A stretch of 64,000 nt of DNA from Nemertoderma westbladi (lineage: Eukaryota > Animalia > Xenacoelomorpha), in assembly GCA_032718475.1 (NCBI GenBank), contig JAUCBJ010007053.1, positions 1-64,000 on the forward strand, given 5' to 3'. Under the pieces are notes generated by a model. That model saw only the letters and a list, made by a program, of their open reading frames with translations, was not told where the DNA came from and made no database searches. Below are positions 26,192 to 40,300 of this stretch, piece after piece (the first letter of the stretch is position 1; each line of letters begins with the position of its first letter). The position numbers and the translations under genes were made by a program.

Positions 26192-26983
26192 TCAGACGGG
26201 CGGCAGCTGCCCAGCGTCCGGCTGAGGGTTGAGAGCTCGTAGTTTAAGGTTGGCTCGATCAGCTGGACCGAGATAGTGCCGTGTGATCGTGGTTCCCATA
26301 GGCCAGTTGTCTGGAGCAAACACAGCACTGGAAGAAACCTCGTTAGGACACACAACGTGGAAGGCGGCCATGCTCGGCACGACGGTATCATCGGGGTTGG
26401 GCCCAATTTTGAAGACGTTTTCAATTTGAATATGTTTACCAGCTAGATGTTTTTTGATCATTTCAGTGGATGTATCGGGATCCAGACGACCGACCCGAAC
26501 ATGGAAACGGGGAGGTGGCAGCGCAATAGCCTTCAGACCTCCGGGGGAGGCCTCGGACGTTGCGGTATTACCGGTTGCGACTACAACCAGACGGCGCGGT
26601 TTATTCGCCGCCATCGGGGTTGCGCGTTGCGTGTTGGGGGGGTTCGCAGTGGGGGCAGACCCCGCCGCTCCCGCCAGAGATCCACGAACGGAGCTTTGCG
26701 GTTGCTTGGGCCGGGTGGCGGGTCCGGGTGGCGGCTGGGCCACCTTGGCCAACGCCTTGGCGTAGGGTGGTTTCTCTTTTTGTTCCAAAAGAGAGTTCTT
26801 TGCGGCGATCGTTTCCGCACGTGCGTCGCTTAGTTGGCCGAGTGTAATGGTGTACAACGAGGTCATTGCGGCGACATGTTCGGCGAACAGTTTCTCATCA
26901 ACATGGTTGACGCACTTCTTCACCTTCACGGCCTTTACAAGGTCGAGAAGTTGATCTTGTAGGTTTATAAACTTCTCCGCCAT
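26192..26983 (-). CDS. LINE ORF1 (263 aa from ATG 26983): N-terminal helical/coiled-coil region, Pro/Ala linker, C-terminal RRM-like domain
   Basis: ACAATGG start context. The FHVRVGRLDPDTSTEMIKKHL...AFHVVC...PDNWPMG pattern resembles the RRM-like ORF1 domain of CR1/L2/RTEX-group elements. Lies directly upstream of ORF2. Confidence 0.88.
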   Translation of the reverse strand: MAEKFINLQDQLLDLVKAVKVKKCVNHVDEKLFAEHVAAMTSLYTITLGQLSDARAETIAAKNSLLEQKEKPPYAKALAKVAQPPPGPATRPKQPQSSVRGSLAGAAGSAPTANPPNTQRATPMAANKPRRLVVVATGNTATSEASPGGLKAIALPPPRFHVRVGRLDPDTSTEMIKKHLAGKHIQIENVFKIGPNPDDTVVPSMAAFHVVCPNEVSSSAVFAPDNWPMGTTITRHYLGPADRANLKLRALNPQPDAGQLPPV

Positions 26984-27108
26984 TGTATCCGTAAATATAA
27001 TAAGATCAAATATCAAATAAATTTAATAATAAAATGTATTTTATTAACTAGTGCAGTAGTCTGGCTGTATTAACTGACTGGTCTAAAATTAACTGACTGA
27101 CTGCTGTA

Positions 27109-30100
27109 TTTGGTCTTTATGGTTGGTGAGTGACGCTACGTAAATGTGAGTTCGGTCTTTATAGTTGGTGAGCGATGCTATGTAAATGTGAGTTCGGCCT
27201 TTATAGTTGGTGAATGACGCTACGTAAATGTTAGTTTGGTCTTTATGGTTGGTGAGTGACGCTACGTAAATGTGAGTTCGGTCTTTATAGTTGGTGAGCG
27301 ATGCTACGTGAATGTGAGGTCGGCCTTTATAGTTGGTGAATGACGCTACGTAAATGTTAGTTTGGTCTTTATGGTTGGTGAGTGACGCTACGTAAATGTT
27401 AGTTTGGTCTTTATAGTTGGTGAGCGACTCTACGTAAATGTGAGTTCGGTCTTTATAGTTGGTGAGCGACGCTACGTAAATGTGAGTTCGGTCTTTATAG
27501 TTGGTGAGCGATGCTACGTAAATGTGAGTTCGGCCTTTATAGTTGGTGAATGACGCTACGTAAATGTGAGTTTGGTCTTTATAGTTGGTGAGTGACGCTA
27601 CGTAAATGTGAGTTCTGCCTTTATAGTTGGTGAATGACGCTACGTAAATGTTAGTTTGGTCTTTATGGTTGGTGAATGACGCTACGTAAATGTTAGTTTG
27701 GTCTTTATGGTTGGTGAGTGACGCTACGTAAATGTGAGTTCGGTCTTTATGGTTGGTGAGTGACGCTACGTAAATGTGAGTTCGGCCTTTATAGTTGGTG
27801 AGCGATGCTATGTAAATGTGAGTTCGGCCTTTATAGTTGGTGAATGACGCTACGTAAATGTTAGTTTGGTCTTTATGGTTGGTGAGTGACGCTACGTAAA
27901 TGTGAGTTCGGTCTTTATAGTTGGTGAGCGATGCTATGTAAATGTGAGTTCGGCCTTTATAGTTGGTGAATGACGCTACGTAAATGTTAGTTTGGTCTTT
28001 ATGGTTGGTGAGTGACGCTACGTAAATGTGAGTTCGGCCTTTATAGTTGGTGAATGACGCTACGTAAATGTTAGTTCGGTCTTTATGGTTGGTGAGTGAC
28101 GCTACGTAAATGTGAGTTCGGTCTTTATAGTTGGTGAGCGATGCTATGTAAATGTGAGTTCGGTCTTTATAGTTGGTGAGTGACGCTACGTAAATGTGAG
28201 TTTGGTCTTTATAGTTGGTGAGTGACGCTACGTAAATGTGAGTTCGGTCTTTATAGTTGGTGAGCGATGCTATGTAAATGTGAGTTCGGCCTTTATAGTT
28301 GGTGAGCGACGCTACGTAAATGTGAGTTCGGCCTTTATAGTTGGTGAGTGACGCTACGTAAATGTTAGTTCGGTCTTTATGGTTGGTGAGTGACGCTACG
28401 TAAATGTGAGTTCGGTCTTTATAGTTGGTGAGCGATGCTATGTAAATGTGAGTTCGGCCTTTATAGTTGGTGAATGACGCTACGTAAATGTTAGTTTGGT
28501 CTTTATGGTTGGTGAGTGACGCTACGTAAATGTGAGTTCGGTCTTTATAGTTGGTGAGCGATGCTATGTAAATGTGAGTTCGGCCTTTATAGTTGGTGAA
28601 TGACGCTACGTAAATGTTAGTTCGGTCTTTATGGTTGGTGAGCGACGCTACGTAAATGTGAGTTCGGTCTTTATAGTTGGTGAATGACGCTACGTAAATG
28701 TGAGTTCGGTCTTTATATTTGGTGAATGACGCTACGTAAATGTTAGTTTGGTCTTTATGGTTGGTGAGTGACGCTACGTAAATGTGAGTTCGGTCTTTAT
28801 AGTTGGTGAGCGATGCTATGTAAATGTGAGTTCGGCCTTTATAGTTGGTGAATGACGCTACGTAAATGTTAGTTCGGTCTTTATGGTTGGTGAGTGACGC
28901 TACGTAAATGTGAGTTCGGTCTTTATGGTTGGTGAGTGACGCTACGTAAATGTGAGTTCGGCCTTTATAGTTGGTGAGCGATGCTATGTAAATGTGAGTT
29001 CGGCCTTTATAGTTGGTGAATGACGCTACGTAAATGTTAGTTTGGTCTTTATGGTTGGTGAGTGACGCTACGTAAATGTGAGTTCGGTCTTTATAGTTGG
29101 TGAGCGATGCTATGTAAATGTGAGTTCGGCCTTTATAGTTGGTGAATGACGCTACGTAAATGTTAGTTTGGTCTTTATGGTTGGTGAGTGACGCTACGTA
29201 AATGTGAGTTCGGTCTTTATAGTTGGTGAGCGATGCTATGTAAATGTGAGTTCGGCCTTTATAGTTGGTGAATGACGCTACGTAAATGTTAGTTTGGTCT
29301 TTATGGTTGGTGAGTGACGCTACGTAAATGTGAGTTCGGTCTTTATAGTTGGTGAGCGATGCTATGTAAATGTGAGTTCGGCCTTTATAGTTGGTGAATG
29401 ACGCTACGTAAATGTTAGTTTGGTCTTTATGGTTGGTGAGTGACGCTACGTAAATGTGAGTTCGGTCTTTATAGTTGGTGAATGACGCTACGTAAATGTG
29501 AGTTCCGCCTTTATAGTTGGTGAGCGACGCTACGTGAATGTGAGTTCGGTCTTTATGGTTGGTGAGCGACGCTACGTAAATGTGAGTTCGGTCTTTATAG
29601 TTGGTGAATGACGCTACGTAAATGTGAGTTCTGCCTTTATAGTTGGTGAGCGACGCTACGTAAATGTGAGTTCCGCCTTTATAGTTGGTGAATGACGCTA
29701 CGTGAATGTGAGTTCGGCCTTCATAGTTGGTGAGCGATGCTATGTAAATGTGAGTTCGGCCTTTATAGTTGGTAAATGACGCTACGTAAATGTTAGTTTG
29801 GTCTTTATGGTTGGTGAGTGACGCTACGTAAATGTGAGTTCGGTCTTTATAGTTGGTGAGCGATGCTATGTAAATGTGAGTTCGGCCTTTATAGTTGGTG
29901 AATGACGCTACGTAAATGTTAGTTTGGTCTTTATGGTTGGTGAGTGACGCTACGTAAATGTGAGTTCGGTCTTTATAGTTGGTGAGCGATGCTATGTAAA
30001 TGTGAGTTCGGCCTTTATAGTTGGTGAATGACGCTACGTAAATGTTAGTTTGGTCTTTATGGTTGGTGAGTGACGCTACGTAAATGTGAGTTCGGTCTTT

Positions 30101-30483
30101 ATAGTTGGTGAGCGATGCTATGTAAATGTGAGTTCGGCCTTTATAGTTGGTAAATGACGCTACGTAAATGTTAGTTTGGTCTTTATGGTTGGTGAGTGAC
30201 GCTACGTAAATGTGAGTTCGGTCTTTATAGTTGGTGAATGACGCTACGTAAATGTGAGTTCCGCCTTTATAGTTGGTGAGCGACGCTACGTGAATGTGAG
30301 TTCGGTCTTTATGGTTGGTGAGCGACGCTACGTAAATGTGAGTTCGGCCTTTATAGTTGGTGAGCGACGCTACGTAAATGTGAGTTCCGCCTTTATAGTT
30401 GGTGAATGACGCTACGTGAATGTGAGTTCGGCCTTCATAGTTGGTGAGCGATGCTATGTAAATGTGAGTTCGGTCTTTATAGT
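27109..30483. repeat. 42-bp satellite, right block, ~80 copies
   Basis: Same unit as 14946-22925; resumes in register after the TSD. Confidence 0.97.
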
Positions 30484-30552
30484 CAGGTCACTGATATATA
30501 CTGTACTGTATGTACATTAGATTATGTAATCGATTTTTTTTCCCCTCCGTAG

Positions 30553-30679
30553 GTAACAACACAAAAATACGCTCCCTCAGGATTTTCATTTAAAATGTCC
30601 GTAAATAACAAGTCATTGAAGGACCGTGTATTATTGCGAGCTATTTTAAAGTCAGTCTTAATACCGAGAAACCAAAACA
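30553..30679 (+). CDS. Possible host exon (VTTQKYAPSGFSFKMSVNNKSLKDRVLLRAILKSVLIPRNQN)
   Basis: Strong acceptor TTTTTTTTCCCCTCCGTAG, open frame, candidate donor A|GTAAGG at 30680. No recognisable homology. Confidence 0.3.
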
Positions 30680-31342
30680 GTAAGGAAAATGAAAGGAACA
30701 CTTTTCGGAACTTTTAGAGATACAAAGCCGTTTTAGGAGCTTATCGTGCCAGAGGCACGAGAAATCCATTACAGATTACAATCAATATAGTTAGTTCAGG
30801 TGAGAGGGAAATTTGAATTTAATTACATATATACTGAAAGAATATACATTGAGCTGACTGACCTACGGCATTTTACATTCATTATTTGGTCTTTCTATAT
30901 CAGCATCTCAGTTCGCTGACAGGCCGTGTATACACTCTGAACTCATAACAGTCACAGTTACAGGTCAATACCGCCAGTTTCAATAGGTCCGGTGTTGTCA
31001 ACAGCGACTAGGATGTGTAGGCCAACTTACTCACCCCGCGGCACATCTTCCAATAATAACATCGTACACTGCTCACGTTTTACAAATTTGGGATATTATC
31101 CGGTTTATTTGTCCTTCTTAACCACGTAATACACTGTACGTTTTTAGTAGAACTAAATACTAACAAATTCCATACTTGTGTTTAAAGAAACACTCTGCAA
31201 TGGGATGACCCGAGTGGTTTGTAACACGAACGATCGCAGTGATCGAGTTCGAATAATGATATGAGGTTCACAACATTGTAAAGTTAAATATAAATGGTAA
31301 AGCTGAGAGTGATAAATCGAAGATAAATCGATAAATCGAAGA

Positions 31343-34300
31343 ACAGTCCATTCATTCTTTATATCATATATAGAACTCAAGCCTGTTGTACATGTATACT
31401 GTACAGTCCATTCATTCTTTATATCATATATAGAACTCAAGCCTGTTATACATGTATACTGTACAGTCCATTCATTCTTTATATCATATATAGAACTCAA
31501 GCCTGTTGTACATGTATACTGTACAGTCCATTCATTCTTTATATCATATATAGAACTCAAGCCTGTTGTACATGTATACTGTACAGTCCATTCATTCTTT
31601 ATATCATATATAGAACTCAAGCCTGTTATACATGTATACTGTACAGTCCATTCATTCTTTATATCATATATAGAACTCAAGCCTGTTGTACATGTATACT
31701 GTACAGTCCATTCATTCTTTATATCATATATAGAACTCAAGCCTGTTATACATGTATACTGTACAGTCCATTCATTCTTTATATCATATATAGAACTCAA
31801 GCCTGTTGTACATGTATACTGTACAGTCCATTCATTCTTTATATCATATATAGAACTCAAGCCTGTTGTACATGTATACTGTACAGTCCATTCATTCTTT
31901 ATATCATATATAGAACTCAAGCCTGTTGTACATGTATACTGTACAGTCCATTCATTCTTTATATCATATATAGAACTCAAGCCTGTACATACTGTACAGT
32001 CCATTCATTATTTATATCATATATAGAACTCAAGCCTGTTGTACATGTATACTGTACAGTCCATTCATTCTTTATATCATATATAGAACTCAAGCCTGTT
32101 GTACATGTATACTGTACAGTCCATTCATTCTTTATATCATATATAGAACTCAAGCCTGTTGTACATGTATACTGTACAGTCCATTCATTCTTTATATCAT
32201 ATATAGAACTCAAGCCTGTTGTACATGTATACTGTACAGTCCATTCATTCTTTATATCATATATAGAACTCAAGCCTGTTGTACATGTATACTGTACAGT
32301 CCATTCATTCTTTATATCATATATAGAACTCAAGCCTGTTGTACATGTATACTGTACAGTCCATTCATTCTTTATATCATATATAGAACTCAAGCCTGTT
32401 GTACATGTATACTGTACAGTCCATTCATTCTTTATATCATATATAGAACTCAAGCCTGTTGTACATGTATACTGTACAGTCCATTCATTCTTTATATCAT
32501 ATATAGAACTCAAGCCTGTTGTACATGTATACTGTACAGTCCATTCATTCTTTATATCATATATAGAACTCAAGCCTGTTGTACATGTATACTGTACAGT
32601 CCATTCATTCTTTATATCATATATAGAACTCAAGCCTGTTATACATGTATACTGTACAGTCCATTCATTCTTTATATCATATATAGAACTCAAGCCTGTT
32701 GTACATGTATACTGTACAGTCCATTCATTCTTTATATCATATATAGAACTCAAGCCTGTACATACTGTACAGTCCATTCATTATTTATATCATATATAGA
32801 ACCCAAGCCTGTACATGTATACTGTACAGTCCATTCATTATTTATATCATATATAGAACCCAAGCCTGTTGTACATGTATACTGTACAGTCCATTCATTC
32901 TTTATATCATATATAGAACTCAAGCCTGTACATACTGTACAGTCCATTCATTATTTATATCATATATAGAACTCAAGCCTGTTGTACATGTATACTGTAC
33001 AGTCCATTCATTCTTTATATCATATATAGAACTCAAGCCTGTTGTACATGTATACTGTACAGTCCATTCATTCTTTATATCATATATAGAACTCAAGCCT
33101 GTTGTACATGTATACTGTACAGTCCATTCATTCTTTATATCATATATAGAACTCAAGCCTGTTGTACATGTATACTGTACAGTCCATTCATTCTTTATAT
33201 CATATATAGAACTCAAGCCTGTTGTACATGTATACTGTACAGTCCATTCATTCTTTATATCATATATAGAACTCAAGCCTGTTGTACATGTATACTGTAC
33301 AGTCCATTCATTCTTTATATCATATATAGAACTCAAGCCTGTTGTACATGTATACTGTACAGTCCATTCATTCTTTATATCATATATAGAACTCAAGCCT
33401 GTTGTACATGTATACTGTACAGTCCATTCATTCTTTATATCATATATAGAACCCAAGCCTGTTGTACATGTATACTGTACAGTCCATTCATTCTTTATAT
33501 CATATATAGAACTCAAGCCTGTTGTACATGTATACTGTACAGTCCATTCATTCTTTATATCATATATAGAACTCAAGCCTGTACATTACTGTACAGTCCA
33601 TTCATTCTTTATATCATATATAGAACTCAAGCCTGTTGTACATGTATACTGTACAGTCCATTCATTCTTTATATCATATATAGAACTCAAGCCTGTTGTA
33701 CATGTATACTGTACAGTCCATTCATTCTTTATATCATATATAGAACTCAAGCCTGTTGTACATGTATACTGTACAGTCCATTCATTCTTTATATCATATA
33801 TAGAACTCAAGCCTGTTGTACATGTATACTGTACAGTCCATTCATTCTTTATATCATATATAGAACTCAAGCCTGTTGTACATGTATACTGTACAGTCCA
33901 TTCATTCTTTATATCATATATAGAACTCAAGCCTGTACATTACTGTACAGTCCATTCATTCTTTATATCATATATAGAACTCAAGCCTGTTGTACATGTA
34001 TACTGTACAGTCCATTCATTCTTTATATCATATATAGAACTCAAGCCTGTTGTACATGTATACTGTACAGTCCATTCATTCTTTATATCATATATAGAAC
34101 TCAAGCCTGTTGTACATGTATACTGTACAGTCCATTCATTCTTTATATCATATATAGAACTCAAGCCTGTACATACTGTACAGTCCATTCATTCTTTATA
34201 TCATATATAGAACTCAAGCCTGTTGTACATGTATACTGTACAGTCCATTCATTCTTTATATCATATATAGAACTCAAGCCTGTTGTACATGTATACTGTA

Positions 34301-37300
34301 CAGTCCATTCATTCTTTATATCATATATAGAACTCAAGCCTGTTGTACATGTATACTGTACAGTCCATTCATTCTTTATATCATATATAGAACTCAAGCC
34401 TGTTGTACATGTATACTGTACAGTCCATTCATTCTTTATATCATATATAGAACTCAAGCCTGTTGTACATGTATACTGTACAGTCCATTCATTCTTTATA
34501 TCATATATAGAACTCAAGCCTGTTGTACATGTATACTGTACAGTCCATTCATTCTTTATATCATATATAGAACTCAAGCCTGTTGTACATGTATACTGTA
34601 CAGTCCATTCATTCTTTATATCATATATAGAACTCAAGCCTGTTGTACATGTATACTGTACAGTCCATTCATTCTTTATATCATATATAGAACTCAAGCC
34701 TGTTGTACATGTATACTGTACAGTCCATTCATTCTTTATATCATATATAGAACTCAAGCCTGTACATACTGTACAGTCCATTCATTCTTTATATCATATA
34801 TAGAACTCAAGCCTGTTGTACATGTATACTGTACAGTCCATTCATTCTTTATATCATATATAGAACTCAAGCCTGTTGTACATGTATACTGTACAGTCCA
34901 TTCATTCTTTATATCATATATAGAACCCAAGCCTGTTGTACATGTATACTGTACAGTCCATTCATTCTTTATATCATATATAGAACTCAAGCCTGTTGTA
35001 CATGTATACTGTACAGTCCATTCATTCTTTATATCATATATAGAACTCAAGCCTGTTGTACATGTATACTGTACAGTCCATTCATTCTTTATATCATATA
35101 TAGAACTCAAGCCTGTACATACTGTACAGTCCATTCATTCTTTATATCATATATAGAACCCAAGCCTGTTGTACATGTATACTGTACAGTCCATTCATTC
35201 TTTATATCATATATAGAACTCAAGCCTGTTGTACATGTATACTGTACAGTCCATTCATTCTTTATATCATATATAGAACTCAAGCCTGTACATACTGTAC
35301 AGTCCATTCATTCTTTATATCATATATAGAACTCAAGCCTGTTGTACATGTATACTGTACAGTCCATTCATTCTTTATATCATATATAGAACTCAAGCCT
35401 GTACATACTGTACAGTCCATTCATTATTTATATCATATATAGAACTCAAGCCTGTTGTACATGTATACTGTACAGTCCATTCATTCTTTATATCATATAT
35501 AGAACTCAAGCCTGTTATACATGTATACTGTACAGTCCATTCATTCTTTATATCATATATAGAACTCAAGCCTGTTGTACATGTATACTGTACAGTCCAT
35601 TCATTCTTTATATCATATATAGAACTCAAGCCTGTACATGTATACTGTACAGTCCATTCATTCTTTATATCATATATAGAACTCAAGCCTGTACATACTG
35701 TACAGTCCATTCATTCTTTATATCATATATAGAACTCAAGCCTGTACATGTATACTGTACAGTCCATTCATTCTTTATATCATATATAGAACTCAAGCCT
35801 GTTGTACATGTATACTGTACAGTCCATTCATTCTTTATATCATATATAGAACCCAAGCCTGTTGTACATGTATACTGTACAGTCCATTCATTCTTTATAT
35901 CATATATAGAACTCAAGCCTGTTGTACATGTATACTGTACAGTCCATTCATTCTTTATATCATATATAGAACTCAAGCCTGTTGTACATGTATACTGTAC
36001 AGTCCATTCATTCTTTATATCATATATAGAACTCAAGCCTGTTGTACATGTATACTGTACAGTCCATTCATTCTTTATATCATATATAGAACCCAAGCCT
36101 GTTGTACATGTATACTGTACAGTCCATTCATTCTTTATATCATATATAGAACTCAAGCCTGTTGTACATGTATACTGTACAGTCCATTCATTCTTTATAT
36201 CATATATAGAACTCAAGCCTGTACATACTGTACAGTCCATTCATTCTTTATATCATATATAGAACTCAAGCCTGTGTACATGTATACTGTACAGTCCATT
36301 CATTCTTTATATCATATATAGAACTCAAGCCTGTTGTACATGTATACTGTACAGTCCATTCATTCTTTATATCATATATAGAACTCAAGCCTGTTGTACA
36401 TGTATACTGTACAGTCCATTCATTCTTTATATCATATATAGAACTCAAGCCTGTTGTACATGTATACTGTACAGTCCATTCATTCTTTATATCATATATA
36501 GAACTCAAGCCTGTTGTACATGTATACTGTACAGTCCATTCATTCTTTATATCATATATAGAACTCAAGCCTGTTGTACATGTATACTGTACAGTCCATT
36601 CATTCTTTATATCATATATAGAACTCAAGCCTGTTGTACATGTATACTGTACAGTCCATTCATTCTTTATATCATATATAGAACCCAAGCCTGTTGTACA
36701 TGTATACTGTACAGTCCATTCATTCTTTATATCATATATAGAACTCAAGCCTGTACATACTGTACAGTCCATTCATTCTTTATATCATATATAGAACTCA
36801 AGCCTGTTACATGTATACTGTACAGTCCATTCATTCTTTATATCATATATAGAACTCAAGCCTGTTGTACATGTATACTGTACAGTCCATTCATTCTTTA
36901 TATCATATATAGAACCCAAGCCTGTTGTACATGTATACTGTACAGTCCATTCATTCTTTATATCATATATAGAACTCAAGCCTGTACATACTGTACAGTC
37001 CATTCATTATTTATATCATATATAGAACCCAAGCCTGTACATACTGTACAGTCCATTCATTCTTTATATCATATATAGAACTCAAGCCTGTACATTACTG
37101 TACAGTCCATTCATTCTTTATATCATATATAGAACCCAAGCCTGTTGTACATGTATACTGTCGTACAGTCCATTCATTCTTTATATCATATATAGAACTC
37201 AAGCCTGTACATACTGTACAGTCCATTCATTCTTTATATCATATATAGAACTCAAGCCTGTTGTACATGTATACTGTACAGTCCATTCATTCTTTATATC

Positions 37301-40300
37301 ATATATAGAACTCAAGCCTGTTGTACATGTATACTGTACAGTCCATTCATTCTTTATATCATATATAGAACTCAAGCCTGTTGTACATGTATACTGTACA
37401 GTCCATTCATTCTTTATATCATATATAGAACTCAAGCCTGTTGTACATGTATACTGTACAGTCCATTCATTCTTTATATCATATATAGAACTCAAGCCTG
37501 TTGTACATGTATACTGTACAGTCCATTCATTCTTTATATCATATATAGAACTCAAGCCTGTTGTACATGTATACTGTACAGTCCATTCATTCTTTATATC
37601 ATATATAGAACTCAAGCCTGTTGTACATGTATACTGTACAGTCCATTCATTCTTTATATCATATATAGAACTCAAGCCTGTTGTACATGTATACTGTACA
37701 GTCCATTCATTCTTTATATCATATATAGAACTCAAGCCTGTTGTACATGTATACTGTACAGTCCATTCATTCTTTATATCATATATAGAACTCAAGCCTG
37801 TTGTACATGTATACTGTACAGTCCATTCATTCTTTATATCATATATAGAACTCAAGCCTGTTGTACATGTATACTGTACAGTCCATTCATTCTTTATATC
37901 ATATATAGAACTCAAGCCTGTTGTACATGTATACTGTACAGTCCATTCATTCTTTATATCATATATAGAACTCAAGCCTGTTGTACATGTATACTGTACA
38001 GTCCATTCATTCTTTATATCATATATAGAACTCAAGCCTGTACATAACTGTACAGTCCATTCATTCTTTATATCATATATAGAACTCAAGCCTGTTGTAC
38101 ATGTATACTGTACAGTCCATTCATTCTTTATATCATATATAGAACTCAAGCCTGTACATACTGTACAGTCCATTCATTCTTTATATCATATATAGAACTC
38201 AAGCCTGTTGTACATGTATACTGTACAGTCCATTCATTCTTTATATCATATATAGAACTCAAGCCTGTACATACTGTACAGTCCATTCATTCTTTATATC
38301 ATATATAGAACTCAAGCCTGTTGTACATGTATACTGTACAGTCCATTCATTCTTTATATCATATATAGAACTCAAGCCTGTACATAACTGTACAGTCCAT
38401 TCATTCTTTATATCATATATAGAACTCAAGCCTGTTGTACATGTATACTGTACAGTCCATTCATTCTTTATATCATATATAGAACTCAAGCCTGTACATA
38501 CTGTACAGTCCATTCATTCTTTATATCATATATAGAACTCAAGCCTGTTGTACATGTATACTGTACAGTCCATTCATTCTTTATATCATATATAGAACTC
38601 AAGCCTGTTGTACATGTATACTGTACAGTCCATTCATTCTTTATATCATATATAGAACTCAAGCCTGTTGTACATGTATACTGTACAGTCCATTCATTCT
38701 TTATATCATATATAGAACTCAAGCCTGTTACATGTATACTGTACAGTCCATTCATTCTTTATATCATATATAGAACTCAAGCCTGTTGTACATGTATACT
38801 GTACAGTCCATTCATTCTTTATATCATATATAGAACTCAAGCCTGTACATTACTGTACAGTCCATTCATTCTTTATATCATATATAGAACTCAAGCCTGT
38901 TGTACATGTATACTGTACAGTCCATTCATTCTTTATATCATATATAGAACTCAAGCCTGTTGTACATGTATACTGTACAGTCCATTCATTCTTTATATCA
39001 TATATAGAACTCAAGCCTGTTGTACATGTATACTGTACAGTCCATTCATTCTTTATATCATATATAGAACTCAAGCCTGTTACATGTATACTGTACAGTC
39101 CATTCATTCTTTATATCATATATAGAACTCAAGCCTGTTGTACATGTATACTGTACAGTCCATTCATTCTTTATATCATATATAGAACTCAAGCCTGTTG
39201 TACATGTATACTGTACAGTCCATTCATTCTTTATATCATATATAGAACTCAAGCCTGTTGTACATGTATACTGTACAGTCCATTCATTCTTTATATCATA
39301 TATAGAACTCAAGCCTGTACATTACTGTACAGTCCATTCATTCTTTATATCATATATAGAACTCAAGCCTGTTGTACATGTATACTGTACAGTCCATTCA
39401 TTCTTTATATCATATATAGAACTCAAGCCTGTTGTACATGTATACTGTACAGTCCATTCATTCTTTATATCATATATAGAACTCAAGCCTGTTGTACATG
39501 TATACTGTACAGTCCATTCATTCTTTATATCATATATAGAACTCAAGCCTGTTACATGTATACTGTACAGTCCATTCATTCTTTATATCATATATAGAAC
39601 TCAAGCCTGTTGTACATGTATACTGTACAGTCCATTCATTCTTTATATCATATATAGAACTCAAGCCTGTTTACATGTATACTGTACAGTCCATTCATTC
39701 TTTATATCATATATAGAACTCAAGCCTGTTGTACATGTATACTGTACAGTCCATTCATTCTTTATATCATATATAGAACTCAAGCCTGTTGTACATGTAT
39801 ACTGTACAGTCCATTCATTCTTTATATCATATATAGAACTCAAGCCTGTTACATGTATACTGTACAGTCCATTCATTCTTTATATCATATATAGAACTCA
39901 AGCCTGTTGTACATGTATACTGTACAGTCCATTCATTCTTTATATCATATATAGAACTCAAGCCTGTTGTACATGTATACTGTACAGTCCATTCATTCTT
40001 TATATCATATATAGAACTCAAGCCTGTTTACATGTATACTGTACAGTCCATTCATTCTTTATATCATATATAGAACTCAAGCCTGTTGTACATGTATACT
40101 GTACAGTCCATTCATTCTTTATATCATATATAGAACTCAAGCCTGTTGTACATGTATACTGTACAGTCCATTCATTCTTTATATCATATATAGAACTCAA
40201 GCCTGTACATGTATACTGTACAGTCCATTCATTCTTTATATCATATATAGAACTCAAGCCTGTTGTACATGTATACTGTACAGTCCATTCATTCTTTATA

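Larger units (their letters stand above)
22926..27108 (-). mobile_element. Full-length intact APE-type non-LTR retrotransposon (RTEX/L2-CR1-group-like), 4183 bp
   Basis: 13-bp TSD TTTGGTCTTTATG at 22913-22925 and 27109-27121. Uninterrupted ORF1 and ORF2. 3' end ATTAAA-GCTTTCGTTT; 5' UTR with TCAGTC/TCAGTT motifs. Confidence 0.95.

Noticed and set aside
23169-26847. Plus-strand and alternative-frame ORFs within the LINE
   Set aside because: Shadows of GC-rich ORF1/ORF2 with no motifs.
26984-27016. ORF1 N-terminal extension MIFDLIIFTDT
   Set aside because: Depends on a TTG start; ATG 26983 has a good eukaryotic context.
7044-30483. CRISPR-like arrays (33-42 bp units)
   Set aside because: Head-to-tail repeats with no unique spacers, no cas genes, and a eukaryotic context.
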